Virus genome (UHGV): UHGV-1376262
Reading direction: 5' to 3' (one strand)
From: a virus
Length of the DNA stretch: 58,366 bases
The notes beneath the pieces are model-generated. The model made no database searches and was not told where the DNA came from. It saw only the letters and a program-made list of their open reading frames with translations. Below are positions 1-8,633 of the stretch, in pieces; the stretch's first letter is position 1, and every line of letters begins with the position of its first letter. A program made the translations under genes and the position numbers.

Positions 1-288
1 GCTTTTAAGAAACTCGTCTTTAAAATCCATTTCAACAGGTTGATCATCGGCTTTATATAAAGTGATTGCATTGTGAGCTATTGGATCAATCACTAAAATA
101 ATGTTTTCGGAAGCATTATACCAATGCTGCGCTCCTGCTGCTCCATTGTTTTTGAAGACGGCATTCATAGCAATTCTTCTAAAAGCTTTTAACGCCTGCA
201 CCTCTCCTGCATTGCTATCTAACCTGCTTCTGTATCTTTCTACAAAATGCTTTGTAACTTGGTATTTCATAATATTCGGTAATCCCAT
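1..288 (-). CDS. Hypothetical protein, partial. Start ATG at 288 with a GGAGG RBS; the 3' end runs past the window start.
   Basis: Reverse-complement translation gives MGLPNIMKYQVTKHFVERYRSRLD... with no stop before position 1. The plus-strand ORF 101..304 is antisense to it. Confidence 0.5.
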   Translation of the reverse strand, partial: MGLPNIMKYQVTKHFVERYRSRLDSNAGEVQALKAFRRIAMNAVFKNNGAAGAQHWYNASENIILVIDPIAHNAITLYKADDQPVEMDFKDEFLKS

Positions 289-316
289 TCCGAAACCTCC
301 TTAACTTTATGAGCTT

Positions 317-360
317 ATTATACGTGTTAGAAAAGTGTTTGTCAACAACTTTTTAAAATT
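317..360 (-). promoter_or_regulatory. Early sigma-A promoter: TTGACA, 17 nt spacer, TATAAT, with the upstream element AATTTTAAAAAGTTGTTGACA.
   Basis: The reverse complement reads AATTTTAAAAAGTTGTTGACAaacacttttctaacacgTATAAT, 25 nt upstream of the GGAGG RBS. Confidence 0.6.
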
Positions 361-579
361 TATTGTTGACTATATTCCCAAATTAGATCGTCAAGTGTTT
401 GGAATGCCTCATTCATAACGCTTATGGAGTCTAAGTCATAGTTGCTTTTTTCTAAAAGCTCTCTAACTTCTCCTGCTGCACCATTTTCCCAACCATATAA
501 AATGCCCTCGTTATCCCAACTACCCCAAATATCTTGCATATCCTCCAGTGTAAAGCTAAATTTAAAAAGCTCTTTCATG
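360..579 (-). CDS. Hypothetical small protein. Start refined to MKELFKF at 579.
   Basis: ORF track 360..656. An AAAGGTGG RBS precedes the ATG at 577-579, and this start abuts the stop of the upstream gene. Confidence 0.5.
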
Positions 580-792
580 TTATTTTCCACCTTTCTTAAA
601 GCTTTGTAGTGCTTCGATAAGCTTGTCAACAGTTTCATCGTCCATGTAAAAGTCACTCACTGGAAAAGCATTGTCTTCCTCTAAGTCTTCAACAAAAAGC
701 TCTATCTGAATACTTCCTCCATATGATTCCGAAAGCTCAATGTACTCATTATAAGCCCTTCCATCAATGGCTTCGTTTACTCTAATAAGCAT
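580..792 (-). CDS. Hypothetical acidic small protein.
   Basis: ORF track. Compactly arranged with its neighbours. Confidence 0.5.
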   Translation of the reverse strand: MLIRVNEAIDGRAYNEYIELSESYGGSIQIELFVEDLEEDNAFPVSDFYMDDETVDKLIEALQSFKKGGK

Positions 793-806
793 TACTTTTT
801 ACCTCC

Positions 807-1001
807 TTAGTCAAGTCCTACTAGAAACATTACAAACACTATTAAGAAAATGGTTAACCCAATTACAATAAGTTCTCCATACTCCCCAAAATAAGGGGCT
901 GCTAGGCTAAGCAACCAGATAACTCCAAAAAATACCCCTATCGCCAACAGCACTAGTAATGATAGGACTAAACTCATTCCAATACGCTCTAATATTCTCA
1001 C
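807..1001 (-). CDS. Small two-transmembrane membrane protein.
   Basis: The 64-aa translation is almost entirely hydrophobic (LVLSLLVLLAIGVFFGVIWLL...). Confidence 0.5.
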   Translation of the reverse strand: MRILERIGMSLVLSLLVLLAIGVFFGVIWLLSLAAPYFGEYGELIVIGLTIFLIVFVMFLVGLD

Positions 1002-1088
1002 TTAAAAACCTCCTATGAAATTTATAAGTTAAGCTTACCAAAGCAAAATAAAAAAGTCAACCCTTTCGAGTCAACTTTTTAACATAAT

Positions 1089-1865
1089 TCAAATGTATTT
1101 TTTAATAACTTTTAAATCCTCTTCTAAACGGCGTGCCTTAGCTCCAAGGAAGATAGCTTGATTATTGATTCTTCTTGCCTTATTCTCAAGTCTGACAACG
1201 TCTAAACGAAGTCTCCACACAACCTTCTCAATCTCTTTTGAAATATCCTGTGAAAAAGGATTTACTACTTCGTCTAAGTAAGCCTCTAAGAGGTTTAAAT
1301 CTCTTTCAAGACGTCCTTCTTTATTTCTAAGTTTTCCAATCTGTTTATGGATTCTATCACGCTTTTGGAATAAGTGTAATTGATCCTTGTTAAGACGTTC
1401 AACATCTTTCTCTAAACGTTCGACAAGTTTTGCTGGATTCTCTGTTGAAGGCTCTAGGTAAACTGGCTCAAAGATTGTTCCAAACTTTTCAAAGTCTTCA
1501 ATAAAGTATTCAGGAGAAGGGCTAAAGCGAGGGTCTCCTTCCTCATCAATAATGCTCATAGCATAGTCCCCATAATGGATTTCATAATTCTTTCCTTCAC
1601 GCCACCAAACAGAGGCTCCACCATCATTAACACAGTGTAAATGGGTGGGGTTTTTAGAAGTATCAGCTACAATCATTTCAGGAGACCATTGCCACATAGA
1701 GTCTTCTTCAATATGAAATCTTCCACTAGAGTTGTAAACAGACTTTACTCTCACAGGCTTTCCACAAAACCTTGACATAGTGTTATTAAAGTCTAATCCT
1801 CCGTATACTACACCAACCTTTAAGTCTTCTCTAATAGTTACCACATCGCCTGCTTTAATATTCAA
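1089..1865 (-). CDS. Hypothetical protein. Its N-terminal about 65 aa contains a W-x-WSPEMI motif; the C-terminal part is a long coiled coil.
   Basis: ORF track. The N-terminal domain is paralogous to that of ORF 2314..2700. Confidence 0.55.
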   Translation of the reverse strand: MNIKAGDVVTIREDLKVGVVYGGLDFNNTMSRFCGKPVRVKSVYNSSGRFHIEEDSMWQWSPEMIVADTSKNPTHLHCVNDGGASVWWREGKNYEIHYGDYAMSIIDEEGDPRFSPSPEYFIEDFEKFGTIFEPVYLEPSTENPAKLVERLEKDVERLNKDQLHLFQKRDRIHKQIGKLRNKEGRLERDLNLLEAYLDEVVNPFSQDISKEIEKVVWRLRLDVVRLENKARRINNQAIFLGAKARRLEEDLKVIKKYI

Positions 1866-2312
1866 TTAAGCTTCCTCCCATTCAAATTTAACCTCAGCAT
1901 TTTTTAAAAATATTTCCGTCTCTTCCTTTTCTCTAGGAGAGAACCTTTTAGCATGTTTATCACTAAAGGTTATACTAAGGGTAGTTTCTTTCTCTAGGTC
2001 GCCCCAATTCCTTGTGGTGATTGAATTATAGTGTTTAATACGTTTGCCCCCAATAATTAAATAAAACTTCTTATCCATTCGCTCCTCGTAAGGAGTTTCA
2101 GCGAAGGCTTCGATGAGCTTAATAACTTTCTGCATGTGGATTGCTTTTATAACTCCATGCCAGGTAAAATCAACTTTACCTGTATCGCTTATACGTGCGA
2201 TTCCAGAATTTATGCCTAGACTAGACTCTACACAAACTTCATTGAAATCACCCGTGCTAACAGTTAGGTAATCTACCTTTTCAATCTCTTTCTTAAACTC
2301 TTTGTAATTCAT
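1866..2312 (-). CDS. Hypothetical protein.
   Basis: ORF track. Its stop is adjacent to the start of the neighbouring gene. Confidence 0.5.
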   Translation of the reverse strand: MNYKEFKKEIEKVDYLTVSTGDFNEVCVESSLGINSGIARISDTGKVDFTWHGVIKAIHMQKVIKLIEAFAETPYEERMDKKFYLIIGGKRIKHYNSITTRNWGDLEKETTLSITFSDKHAKRFSPREKEETEIFLKNAEVKFEWEEA

Positions 2313-2313
2313 A

Positions 2314-2700
2314 TTAATCTACCTCCCTAACGTAGCAAACATCAATGTTAGACACATTTCCAAGTACCTCATTAAACTCATCTAAAAACTGACCACAAGC
2401 ATTTTCATAAGCGTAATCATCATCAAGCACTGTTTGGGTTGATGTTCTGACATACGTGTCATACTGGTATCGGTAACCCACTTCTAAAGTAATCATGGAA
2501 GAAGTTTCCTCAATCATTTCTGGACTCCATAGCCATTCGCTTCCTTTAAGGAACATCTTACCTCCTATAATAGTCTCAATTTCAAAGACATGTCCTCGGT
2601 CAGGTAACATTTCTGGTAAAACTAAAAGATTATCTTTTCCATATTGACCTACTTCCAAGTCTTTCCTAACCTTTACTTTATCGCCTACTCTAAAACTCAT
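2314..2700 (-). CDS. Hypothetical protein with an N-terminal WSPEMI-motif domain. Start refined to MSFRVGDKVKV.
   Basis: ORF track 2314..2778. It shares the motif GDxVxxRxDLxVG...WxWSPEMI with 1089..1865. Confidence 0.5.
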   Translation of the reverse strand: MSFRVGDKVKVRKDLEVGQYGKDNLLVLPEMLPDRGHVFEIETIIGGKMFLKGSEWLWSPEMIEETSSMITLEVGYRYQYDTYVRTSTQTVLDDDYAYENACGQFLDEFNEVLGNVSNIDVCYVREVD

Positions 2701-2701
2701 T

Positions 2702-3091
2702 CTAAAACTCTCCTTCCAAAAGGATATATAATGAATCATTTTTAAAGTCTGGTGCAAACTCTCGAACAACCCTATCATGGTAAGGCTTCAATTGCTCTGA
2801 GTAATAGTTTTCTGAAACTATTTTAGTTGCCTTATCCTCAAAGATAACTTCTAGGTTTACACTAAAGTCTTCCGTAAGCTTATCTAAAAGCACTGCTAAA
2901 GTAAGCTCTGTAGGCGTTCCTACTTCTTCAAATTCAAATTGCCAGTTACTTATGAAGTAATATGGTCTATTCTCGTTGACATAAATGTAAACACCGTCAA
3001 ATACTTCACCTTTAATTAAGTAAGGTCTTCCTAGCTCCAAATACTCTTCCTCCCTAACATCTAATGCACGTATTCTAGCATATCTCTTCAC
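2702..3091 (-). CDS. Hypothetical protein. Probable GTG start after an AAGGAGG RBS.
   Basis: ORF track 2702..3172. The track's N-terminal extension actually translates the promoter/terminator hairpin at 3128..3160. Confidence 0.45.
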   Translation of the reverse strand: MKRYARIRALDVREEEYLELGRPYLIKGEVFDGVYIYVNENRPYYFISNWQFEFEEVGTPTELTLAVLLDKLTEDFSVNLEVIFEDKATKIVSENYYSEQLKPYHDRVVREFAPDFKNDSLYILLEGEF

Positions 3092-3127
3092 AATTGTTTC
3101 CTCCTTCTTATTTATGGTCTTATAATA

Positions 3128-3160
3128 GCAATTAAAAGGGGCTTTGTCAACCCCTTTATT
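3128..3160 (-). promoter_or_regulatory. Terminator-promoter fusion. A GC-clamped hairpin (AAAGGGG ttgacaaa GCCCCTTT) carries the TTGACA -35 hexamer in its loop; after a 17 nt spacer comes a TATTAT -10.
   Basis: Seen on the reverse complement. The hairpin overlaps the stop codon of the DNA polymerase gene. Confidence 0.5.
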
Positions 3161-5558
3161 AATTATTTTCAAACCATTCTTTAGCGTCTACCATTTTACC
3201 CCAGTTTTTACCAATAGCAATATCAGTCTTGCTTGGAACAACTAGCTTAACAGTGTTAATCATAACGTCTTCAATGGCTTTTACTTCCTCCCAAGTAATG
3301 TCTACTGGAACCTTAAATAAACACTCATCGTGAACTTGAGCTAAGAAGTTAAAACATTTCTCTTCTCCTCTGGCTTCTGAAAGTTCTTGTAAACGTTTCT
3401 TCATCGCTACCATAACAAGCTTAGTTTGAGAAGCTGCTCCACCTTGGATTTTAAAGTTTGTTGTTTGACGCATTGCACGAGAAGCTGCTGAGCGTAGTTT
3501 CTTTTCAGCGTCAGAAAGGCTTCCCCAAGGCTTTTTAAGAATGTCAAAGTTTTCTTTCTTAAAGCGTCTACGCATTCCAAATAAGGTTTCTACATAACGT
3601 TTCTGAACAACCTCATTCTGGTTAGCTTCGATCCAAGTTTCAATTTCTGGATACACTTTGAAGAAGTCGTCAATCATGGCTTGGGCTTCGTCTTTTTCAA
3701 TCTTTAAGATGTCTGCTAGAGAAGGCGCCCCCATTCCATACATGATAGCTAATACAATCATCTTAGTATTCTTACGATAAATGGAGCCGTCCAAACACTC
3801 TTCAATAGGTTTGTTAAAGATTGCGGAAGCCATTTCAGAATACAAGTCACGACCTTCGTTATAAATGTCAATAAGCGCTTGACACTTGCTTGAGTGAGCC
3901 AATAAACGAGGCTCTTGTTGGGAGAAGTCTGCTCCAAGGATTACTGAACCTTCTGGAGCCTCAAACATTAAACGTGCTTTGTAAGGCTGCTGTTGAAGGT
4001 TTGGATTAGAAGCACTATAGCGACCAGTTACAGTACCGAATTGGTTAAACTGTCCGTGAAGTCTTCCATCAGGCGAAATGAAGTTGTTAATCTTCTCTAC
4101 AAAAGCAGTTAAATGCTTGGTTAAATCTTTCAAGTCTAGCAAGTCTTGGATTTCTGGAGCGTGTGCAGCAATCTTCTTAAGAGCTTTTGAATCAGCTTGT
4201 AGTTTGTTTCTATCGTCCTTTGGAACTACTGCTTCTTTGTAAACTACTTCTCCATGCTCATCAAAGCCTGCGTTAACTTGTTTTACAACAGGGTCTAATA
4301 CAATCATTCCAGAAGGCTTCATAGCGAACAGTTTGTTATTGCTTACACCATGTTCGTCAAAGCCTACGTGACCTCTTAAAATACTCTTATGATTACGTGT
4401 TACATACTTGCTCCAATCGTTGTCATAGTAAAGGAGTTTTTGAAGCTGTGCAGGAGAGCCAAAGTTAACGTCTCCAAAGCGATCACTTAAACGTTTCTCT
4501 AATACTTTAATTTGAGCGGTGCATTCTTCACGCTGTTTCTTAACTTCATCATGGTTGACTACAAAGCCTTCTGCCTCCATTTGAAATGTTGACATGATAC
4601 AAGGTCTCTCAATACGCTCATAAACCTTTTTGATTTTAGCGAAGTTAGGTCGATTTAATAACTCCATTTGCCACTCGAATAAAAGGAATCCAACATAGGT
4701 ATCCTTAGCGGCATACCAACGAGCAATCGCAACAGGGACGTCAGCAAACTTCTGGTTCTTTCCAAATAGTTCATCAAACGTGTCCGATGGAATATCTAAA
4801 TAGTCTGTTGCAAGTTTCTTTAATTGATAGCTTGGTAAGTCTTCATCTAGTAGGTGCATGATAATAAGCGTATCATGAACGTTTGTTGCAGGAACTACTT
4901 TAAGAGAAGCATAAGCCAAGCCCAAGTCAAACGTTGCATTGTGCCATACAGTAGCCTTAGAGCTTCTGAAAACTCGTTTGATAGCTTCCTCAGCAATAAG
5001 GAAAGGAACGTTGTGAGGGTCTTCCACAAGCTGTCCTTCAACTTCTACTCGATGTCTGATTGGAACATAGCCATTAATAATGTCTCCATTAAAGCGGTAT
5101 GTCAATGAGAATCCAGCAATCTTTTCTGAATACTTATCGACACCCCCATGGTCACCGACTGTTTCAAAGTCCATTGCGATATAGTCATTATCAGCTTTCA
5201 AAGCAAGGTCGATCCAAGCGTTGATTTCAAGAGAGTCAATAAGAGGGAATTTATCATACTCTAGCTGAGCGATTTCTTCAAACTTTTTCTTACGATTGTT
5301 CTTAACAACAATTGAGTATAAGCGCATTGCCTCAGCTTTGGTAAAGGCTTTATTAAGCTTGTCTTGCTCACGTTCAATTTCACCATTCTCCATAGCTTCT
5401 TTAACTGCTTTAAGGCGTTCTAAATCTTTGACGGAGTTCTTTCTTAAAAAGATAGTTTCCCAAGACTCTTCAAGAGTTGGCACACGCTTTTTCTCCTTTA
5501 CTTTTTTGATAGATTCTTTAGCCTTGTTTTCAGTGGGTACATTTAAATTGATTTTCAT
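3159..5558 (-). CDS. Family-A DNA polymerase (Pol I-like) with an N-terminal 3'-5' exonuclease domain.
   Basis: 799 aa. Carries PolA motifs: DYSQQEPRLLAH, RRRFKKENF-type motif B and QVHDE motif C. Confidence 0.85.
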   Translation of the reverse strand: MKINLNVPTENKAKESIKKVKEKKRVPTLEESWETIFLRKNSVKDLERLKAVKEAMENGEIEREQDKLNKAFTKAEAMRLYSIVVKNNRKKKFEEIAQLEYDKFPLIDSLEINAWIDLALKADNDYIAMDFETVGDHGGVDKYSEKIAGFSLTYRFNGDIINGYVPIRHRVEVEGQLVEDPHNVPFLIAEEAIKRVFRSSKATVWHNATFDLGLAYASLKVVPATNVHDTLIIMHLLDEDLPSYQLKKLATDYLDIPSDTFDELFGKNQKFADVPVAIARWYAAKDTYVGFLLFEWQMELLNRPNFAKIKKVYERIERPCIMSTFQMEAEGFVVNHDEVKKQREECTAQIKVLEKRLSDRFGDVNFGSPAQLQKLLYYDNDWSKYVTRNHKSILRGHVGFDEHGVSNNKLFAMKPSGMIVLDPVVKQVNAGFDEHGEVVYKEAVVPKDDRNKLQADSKALKKIAAHAPEIQDLLDLKDLTKHLTAFVEKINNFISPDGRLHGQFNQFGTVTGRYSASNPNLQQQPYKARLMFEAPEGSVILGADFSQQEPRLLAHSSKCQALIDIYNEGRDLYSEMASAIFNKPIEECLDGSIYRKNTKMIVLAIMYGMGAPSLADILKIEKDEAQAMIDDFFKVYPEIETWIEANQNEVVQKRYVETLFGMRRRFKKENFDILKKPWGSLSDAEKKLRSAASRAMRQTTNFKIQGGAASQTKLVMVAMKKRLQELSEARGEEKCFNFLAQVHDECLFKVPVDITWEEVKAIEDVMINTVKLVVPSKTDIAIGKNWGKMVDAKEWFENN

Positions 5559-5568
5559 AAAAGCCCTC

Positions 5569-5919
5569 CTATTTGATAATCTCTACTTCTACGTATTGAC
5601 CATAGCCCCAACCAGAGCCACTTCCATAATCTCCTTCAATGTTTATCGTGGAGTCATTCGTAAAGATTCCAATGCTTACAGTTCCTGCGTCTTCATAGAA
5701 GTCTCCTTCGCTATTGTCAACTACCTTTGTAATAACGTTATCAGTAAAGTCAAATCCTTCTGGCAAAGTAACTTCAAAATCATTCCAACCACAGCAATCA
5801 GGCTCTGGATTACAAGATACTACTAAAGAAGTTCCATCATTTAACATAAGCTTTGTTGCAAACTCTGTTTCTACCATTCCTACAATACTCTTTCCAATAA
5901 GTTCATCATAATTATTCAT
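5569..5919 (-). CDS. Hypothetical protein.
   Basis: ORF track. Confidence 0.45.
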   Translation of the reverse strand: MNNYDELIGKSIVGMVETEFATKLMLNDGTSLVVSCNPEPDCCGWNDFEVTLPEGFDFTDNVITKVVDNSEGDFYEDAGTVSIGIFTNDSTINIEGDYGSGSGWGYGQYVEVEIIK

Positions 5920-6476
5920 TATAAAGCTCCCCTTTCAGATACTTTCACATGTGCCTTAAGCAAATTTTCCGTATCCTTTCTTTTTTTAATTTCTTTTAAT
6001 TCCTCTTGACTAAGCTTTGCCAATCCAATTGCTTTGGTTGTTGAAAAGTCATATTCTCTAAATATATTAAACGCTGCCTCTTTTCCGATCTTCATTAAGA
6101 GGTATCTGTAAATCTGCTGAACCTCTTTAAGGTCTGTTTGGAAAAAGCTTGCGATGTCTTTAAATGAAAGCCCCATTTTAAGAAGCTTAGCAAAGTGTTG
6201 GAAAGACAATTCATCAAGTCTGTATTGTGCCGTCTTTCCTAAAGAGTAATGATAAAGCTTTGCTGCATACTGTTCGATAAGCTTACAAAAAACGCAGTCA
6301 GGATTCTTACACTCATCATATGGAGTCGATTTCTTAACTCGTTCAACCTCCATTGTACTTGTGTTTAACAAATACTCGTAAGAATGCTGCTCAATAAGGT
6401 TATCAATCGCTGGGATTGGATTGCCTTCTTCGTATACTCTTAAACATGTCTCTCGTAAATTTTCTTTTTGTTCCAT
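5919..6476 (-). CDS. Sigma-factor-like or HTH transcription regulator.
   Basis: C-terminal region-4-like helix-turn-helix (GLSFKDIASFFQTDLKEVQQIYRYL). Sits next to the clear sigma-factor gene. Confidence 0.4.
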   Translation of the reverse strand: MEQKENLRETCLRVYEEGNPIPAIDNLIEQHSYEYLLNTSTMEVERVKKSTPYDECKNPDCVFCKLIEQYAAKLYHYSLGKTAQYRLDELSFQHFAKLLKMGLSFKDIASFFQTDLKEVQQIYRYLLMKIGKEAAFNIFREYDFSTTKAIGLAKLSQEELKEIKKRKDTENLLKAHVKVSERGAL

Positions 6477-6535
6477 TCAATAATTCCTCCATTAGTTTAT
6501 GTACAGAGTATATAACAAAAAAGAGCAGCTGTCAA

Positions 6536-7150
6536 CTACTCTTTTCTAAATTTTTTAATTTTATCTTTTGCTGATTTAAGAATGTTGCCAACACTGCTTT
6601 TCTTAGGGTATCCTTCAAGCTTGGCAATATCTCTAACAGAGTAACCTTCAATAGCATTTAAACGAAGTATATCCAATTCCTCTGCTGTGAGGTCTGAAAG
6701 CTCAATGTACATCATAATATCCATAATTCCATCATGCTCTCTCAAGTCGTAAGGGTCTTCTGGAATAGCCAAACGCTCCATGGAAGTCTCTTTGAAATAA
6801 TCCTCTGAAACAATCCGTCTATTCATACGGTCTGACCAAAAGCTGTATTCAAAGTTTCCGCACTCGGCGCTAACTCCTGACAATCCACTTCTAACATCGT
6901 CTTGCATATAGTATGAAGATAATAGCTGTGTTAACATTGGATTGGAAGAACCTTCTCCAAACTTCTCTGAATGCAATTCGTAAATGTCTAAACAAAACTT
7001 TTCTCTAACCTCTAGTGGTAACCTAACCTTTAATAACCTTTTGTTAATCAGTCTCTTAATAGCAGCCGCAAAGCTATAAGAGCTTGTAGCTTCCACAATG
7101 TCATTATAGAAGTCATATTCTAGTTTATCAGAGTGTTTGTTTAAACTCAA
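6536..7150 (-). CDS. Phage-encoded sigma factor with a sigma-70 region-4 domain.
   Basis: The C-terminus LTAEELDILRLNAIEGYSVRDIAKLEGYPKKSSVGNILKSAKDKIKKF is a classic region-4 HTH. Confidence 0.7.
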   Translation of the reverse strand: MSLNKHSDKLEYDFYNDIVEATSSYSFAAAIKRLINKRLLKVRLPLEVREKFCLDIYELHSEKFGEGSSNPMLTQLLSSYYMQDDVRSGLSGVSAECGNFEYSFWSDRMNRRIVSEDYFKETSMERLAIPEDPYDLREHDGIMDIMMYIELSDLTAEELDILRLNAIEGYSVRDIAKLEGYPKKSSVGNILKSAKDKIKKFRKE

Positions 7151-7153
7151 TTC

Positions 7154-7729
7154 TTAATCCCCTTCTGCAAGGATTCGGTAAGCTTCCTGAATAGCTAAGT
7201 TAGCCATTAGAGGAAGTGTTTTAAAATCCTCTTCTCCATTGTTAATGATCGTAATGTCTTCTTTAATAAAGCCTACTTCACGGTCTCCTTCATTGTTTAA
7301 GTCAAGCTCTTCACCAAGATTATGTGAGCGCTCCTGACGAACCCAATCATCAGCTACGACTTTAACAATTGGAATACCTGCTTCTCTGAGAGCCTCTGCT
7401 TCGTTTTGATAGCGAACGTCAGTAACAATCACAGAGTTATTATTACTAAGCTCCTCTAAAAGACGTTTATAAACAGGTCTAATCCATACTTCTGAATCAA
7501 TACTTCTGAAAGCATTACCGATAGTCACATAGGCGTCTCTTGGTTTACTCTCTGTATCGACATAGTAAAAGAACTTATTGTAAAGCTCTTTAATAGGGTC
7601 AGCAAAGGCTACTCTTGTCGGCGTTCCAAGACCTAGCTCTTCCATAGTCTGTGCCAATACGTCCGCAAAAGTGTCTTTACCTGCTCGGCTTGTTCCTGCG
7701 ATAGCAATAATGATGGATTTTTTATCCAC
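7154..7729 (-). CDS. P-loop deoxynucleoside monophosphate kinase (T4 gp1-like).
   Basis: Walker A motif GTSRAGKDT at the N-terminus, similar to T4 gp1 (SGVKRSGKDT). Confidence 0.55.
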   Translation of the reverse strand: MDKKSIIIAIAGTSRAGKDTFADVLAQTMEELGLGTPTRVAFADPIKELYNKFFYYVDTESKPRDAYVTIGNAFRSIDSEVWIRPVYKRLLEELSNNNSVIVTDVRYQNEAEALREAGIPIVKVVADDWVRQERSHNLGEELDLNNEGDREVGFIKEDITIINNGEEDFKTLPLMANLAIQEAYRILAEGD

Positions 7730-8289
7730 TATTTGACCCCTCCTTCAACGTTTGACAAAGCTCTTTCAATTGCTTTGTCGGCGTCTCGTGCTTCTGCAAT
7801 CGCTTCTTTAGTAAGCAGTGTAGAAGTCTTAGACAAGTGTGTTAAAACAACTCCAATAGCGTCAGTCTCATCGCCGATTAACTCTTCTTTATTGAAGTCA
7901 ACATAGCTCAGCAAAGCTTCCGCAAGCTTTTCTTTAGAAGCCTTTCCGTCTCCTGTCACTTCTTTTTTAATAGTTGTTGGAGCGTACTCATAAACCTTTT
8001 GATAGCCCATGTTGCAAGAGACCATTTCAAGGACACCTGCAAACTTCAATAAGATATGCTGAGTACCCATTCTAGCAATTGTAGTTTCCTTTGTAATAAA
8101 GTCTGGCTTATACTCATCAAGAATCCATTGATAAGCTTCGGCAAAGTCTACTAGGCGCTTTCCAGAGTAATGCTTAGGGTTTGTTGAAATGATTGTGTGA
8201 AAGACTAAGTTAAGCTCTCCATCAGGCTCACGGTCAATTACCGCAATGCCTGTGGAAACGCTACTTAAGTCCACTCCTAAATAACGCAT
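7729..8289 (-). CDS. RuvC-family Holliday junction resolvase.
   Basis: N-terminus MRYLGVDLSSVSTGIAVID has the RuvC-like catalytic Asp motif. Confidence 0.6.
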   Translation of the reverse strand: MRYLGVDLSSVSTGIAVIDREPDGELNLVFHTIISTNPKHYSGKRLVDFAEAYQWILDEYKPDFITKETTIARMGTQHILLKFAGVLEMVSCNMGYQKVYEYAPTTIKKEVTGDGKASKEKLAEALLSYVDFNKEELIGDETDAIGVVLTHLSKTSTLLTKEAIAEARDADKAIERALSNVEGGVK

Positions 8290-8633
8290 TAATTATCTCC
8301 CTCCGAAAATACCTCTACAATCTCTCTAAAGTAAGCCTTGTCGTCCATGTTGCCATTTTCAAAGCGTTTAGTAAGGTATACTGATACGTCTTTCATGTTA
8401 AGGGATACAACTACTTTTGTATCAAAGTCCATAATATCTACTTTCAACTCTTCATCATCGTATTCATTGAAATAAGCTCTATCCAATCTTTCCTTATCTT
8501 CGTGACTGATTGTCATTAAGATAGGTTTTTGACAAAGGTTGCAGTAGAACTTAATGAAAATTCCGTAAATAGAATCTCCGCTTAAGTCTGGCTTTATAAT
8601 TCCGTTAAAAAGGTCTTCTGAATAATTCATCAA
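8289..8633 (-). CDS. Hypothetical protein.
   Basis: ORF track. Confidence 0.45.
   Translation of the reverse strand: MMNYSEDLFNGIIKPDLSGDSIYGIFIKFYCNLCQKPILMTISHEDKERLDRAYFNEYDDEELKVDIMDFDTKVVVSLNMKDVSVYLTKRFENGNMDDKAYFREIVEVFSEGDN

Noticed and set aside
101-304. Plus-strand 67-aa ORF.
   Set aside because: It is antisense to the well-supported minus-strand gene 1..288, which has a GGAGG RBS, and has no RBS of its own.
1041-1080. Possible terminator after 807..1001 (aaaaagt caacccttt cgagtcaa ctttttt).
   Set aside because: The stem is only an A/T clamp around a non-palindromic core (GTCAAC is directly repeated). It is too weak to call.
5296-5826. Plus-strand 176-aa ORF, together with other antisense ORFs inside large genes (4854..5108, 9193..9501, 11203..11437, 22339..22980, 23493..23912, 25520..26111, 29393..31564, 30903..31307, 37791..38141 and others).
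   Set aside because: All lie antisense within long, well-supported genes such as the polymerase, helicase, tail and tape measure genes. Their compositions are low-complexity, so they are spurious.
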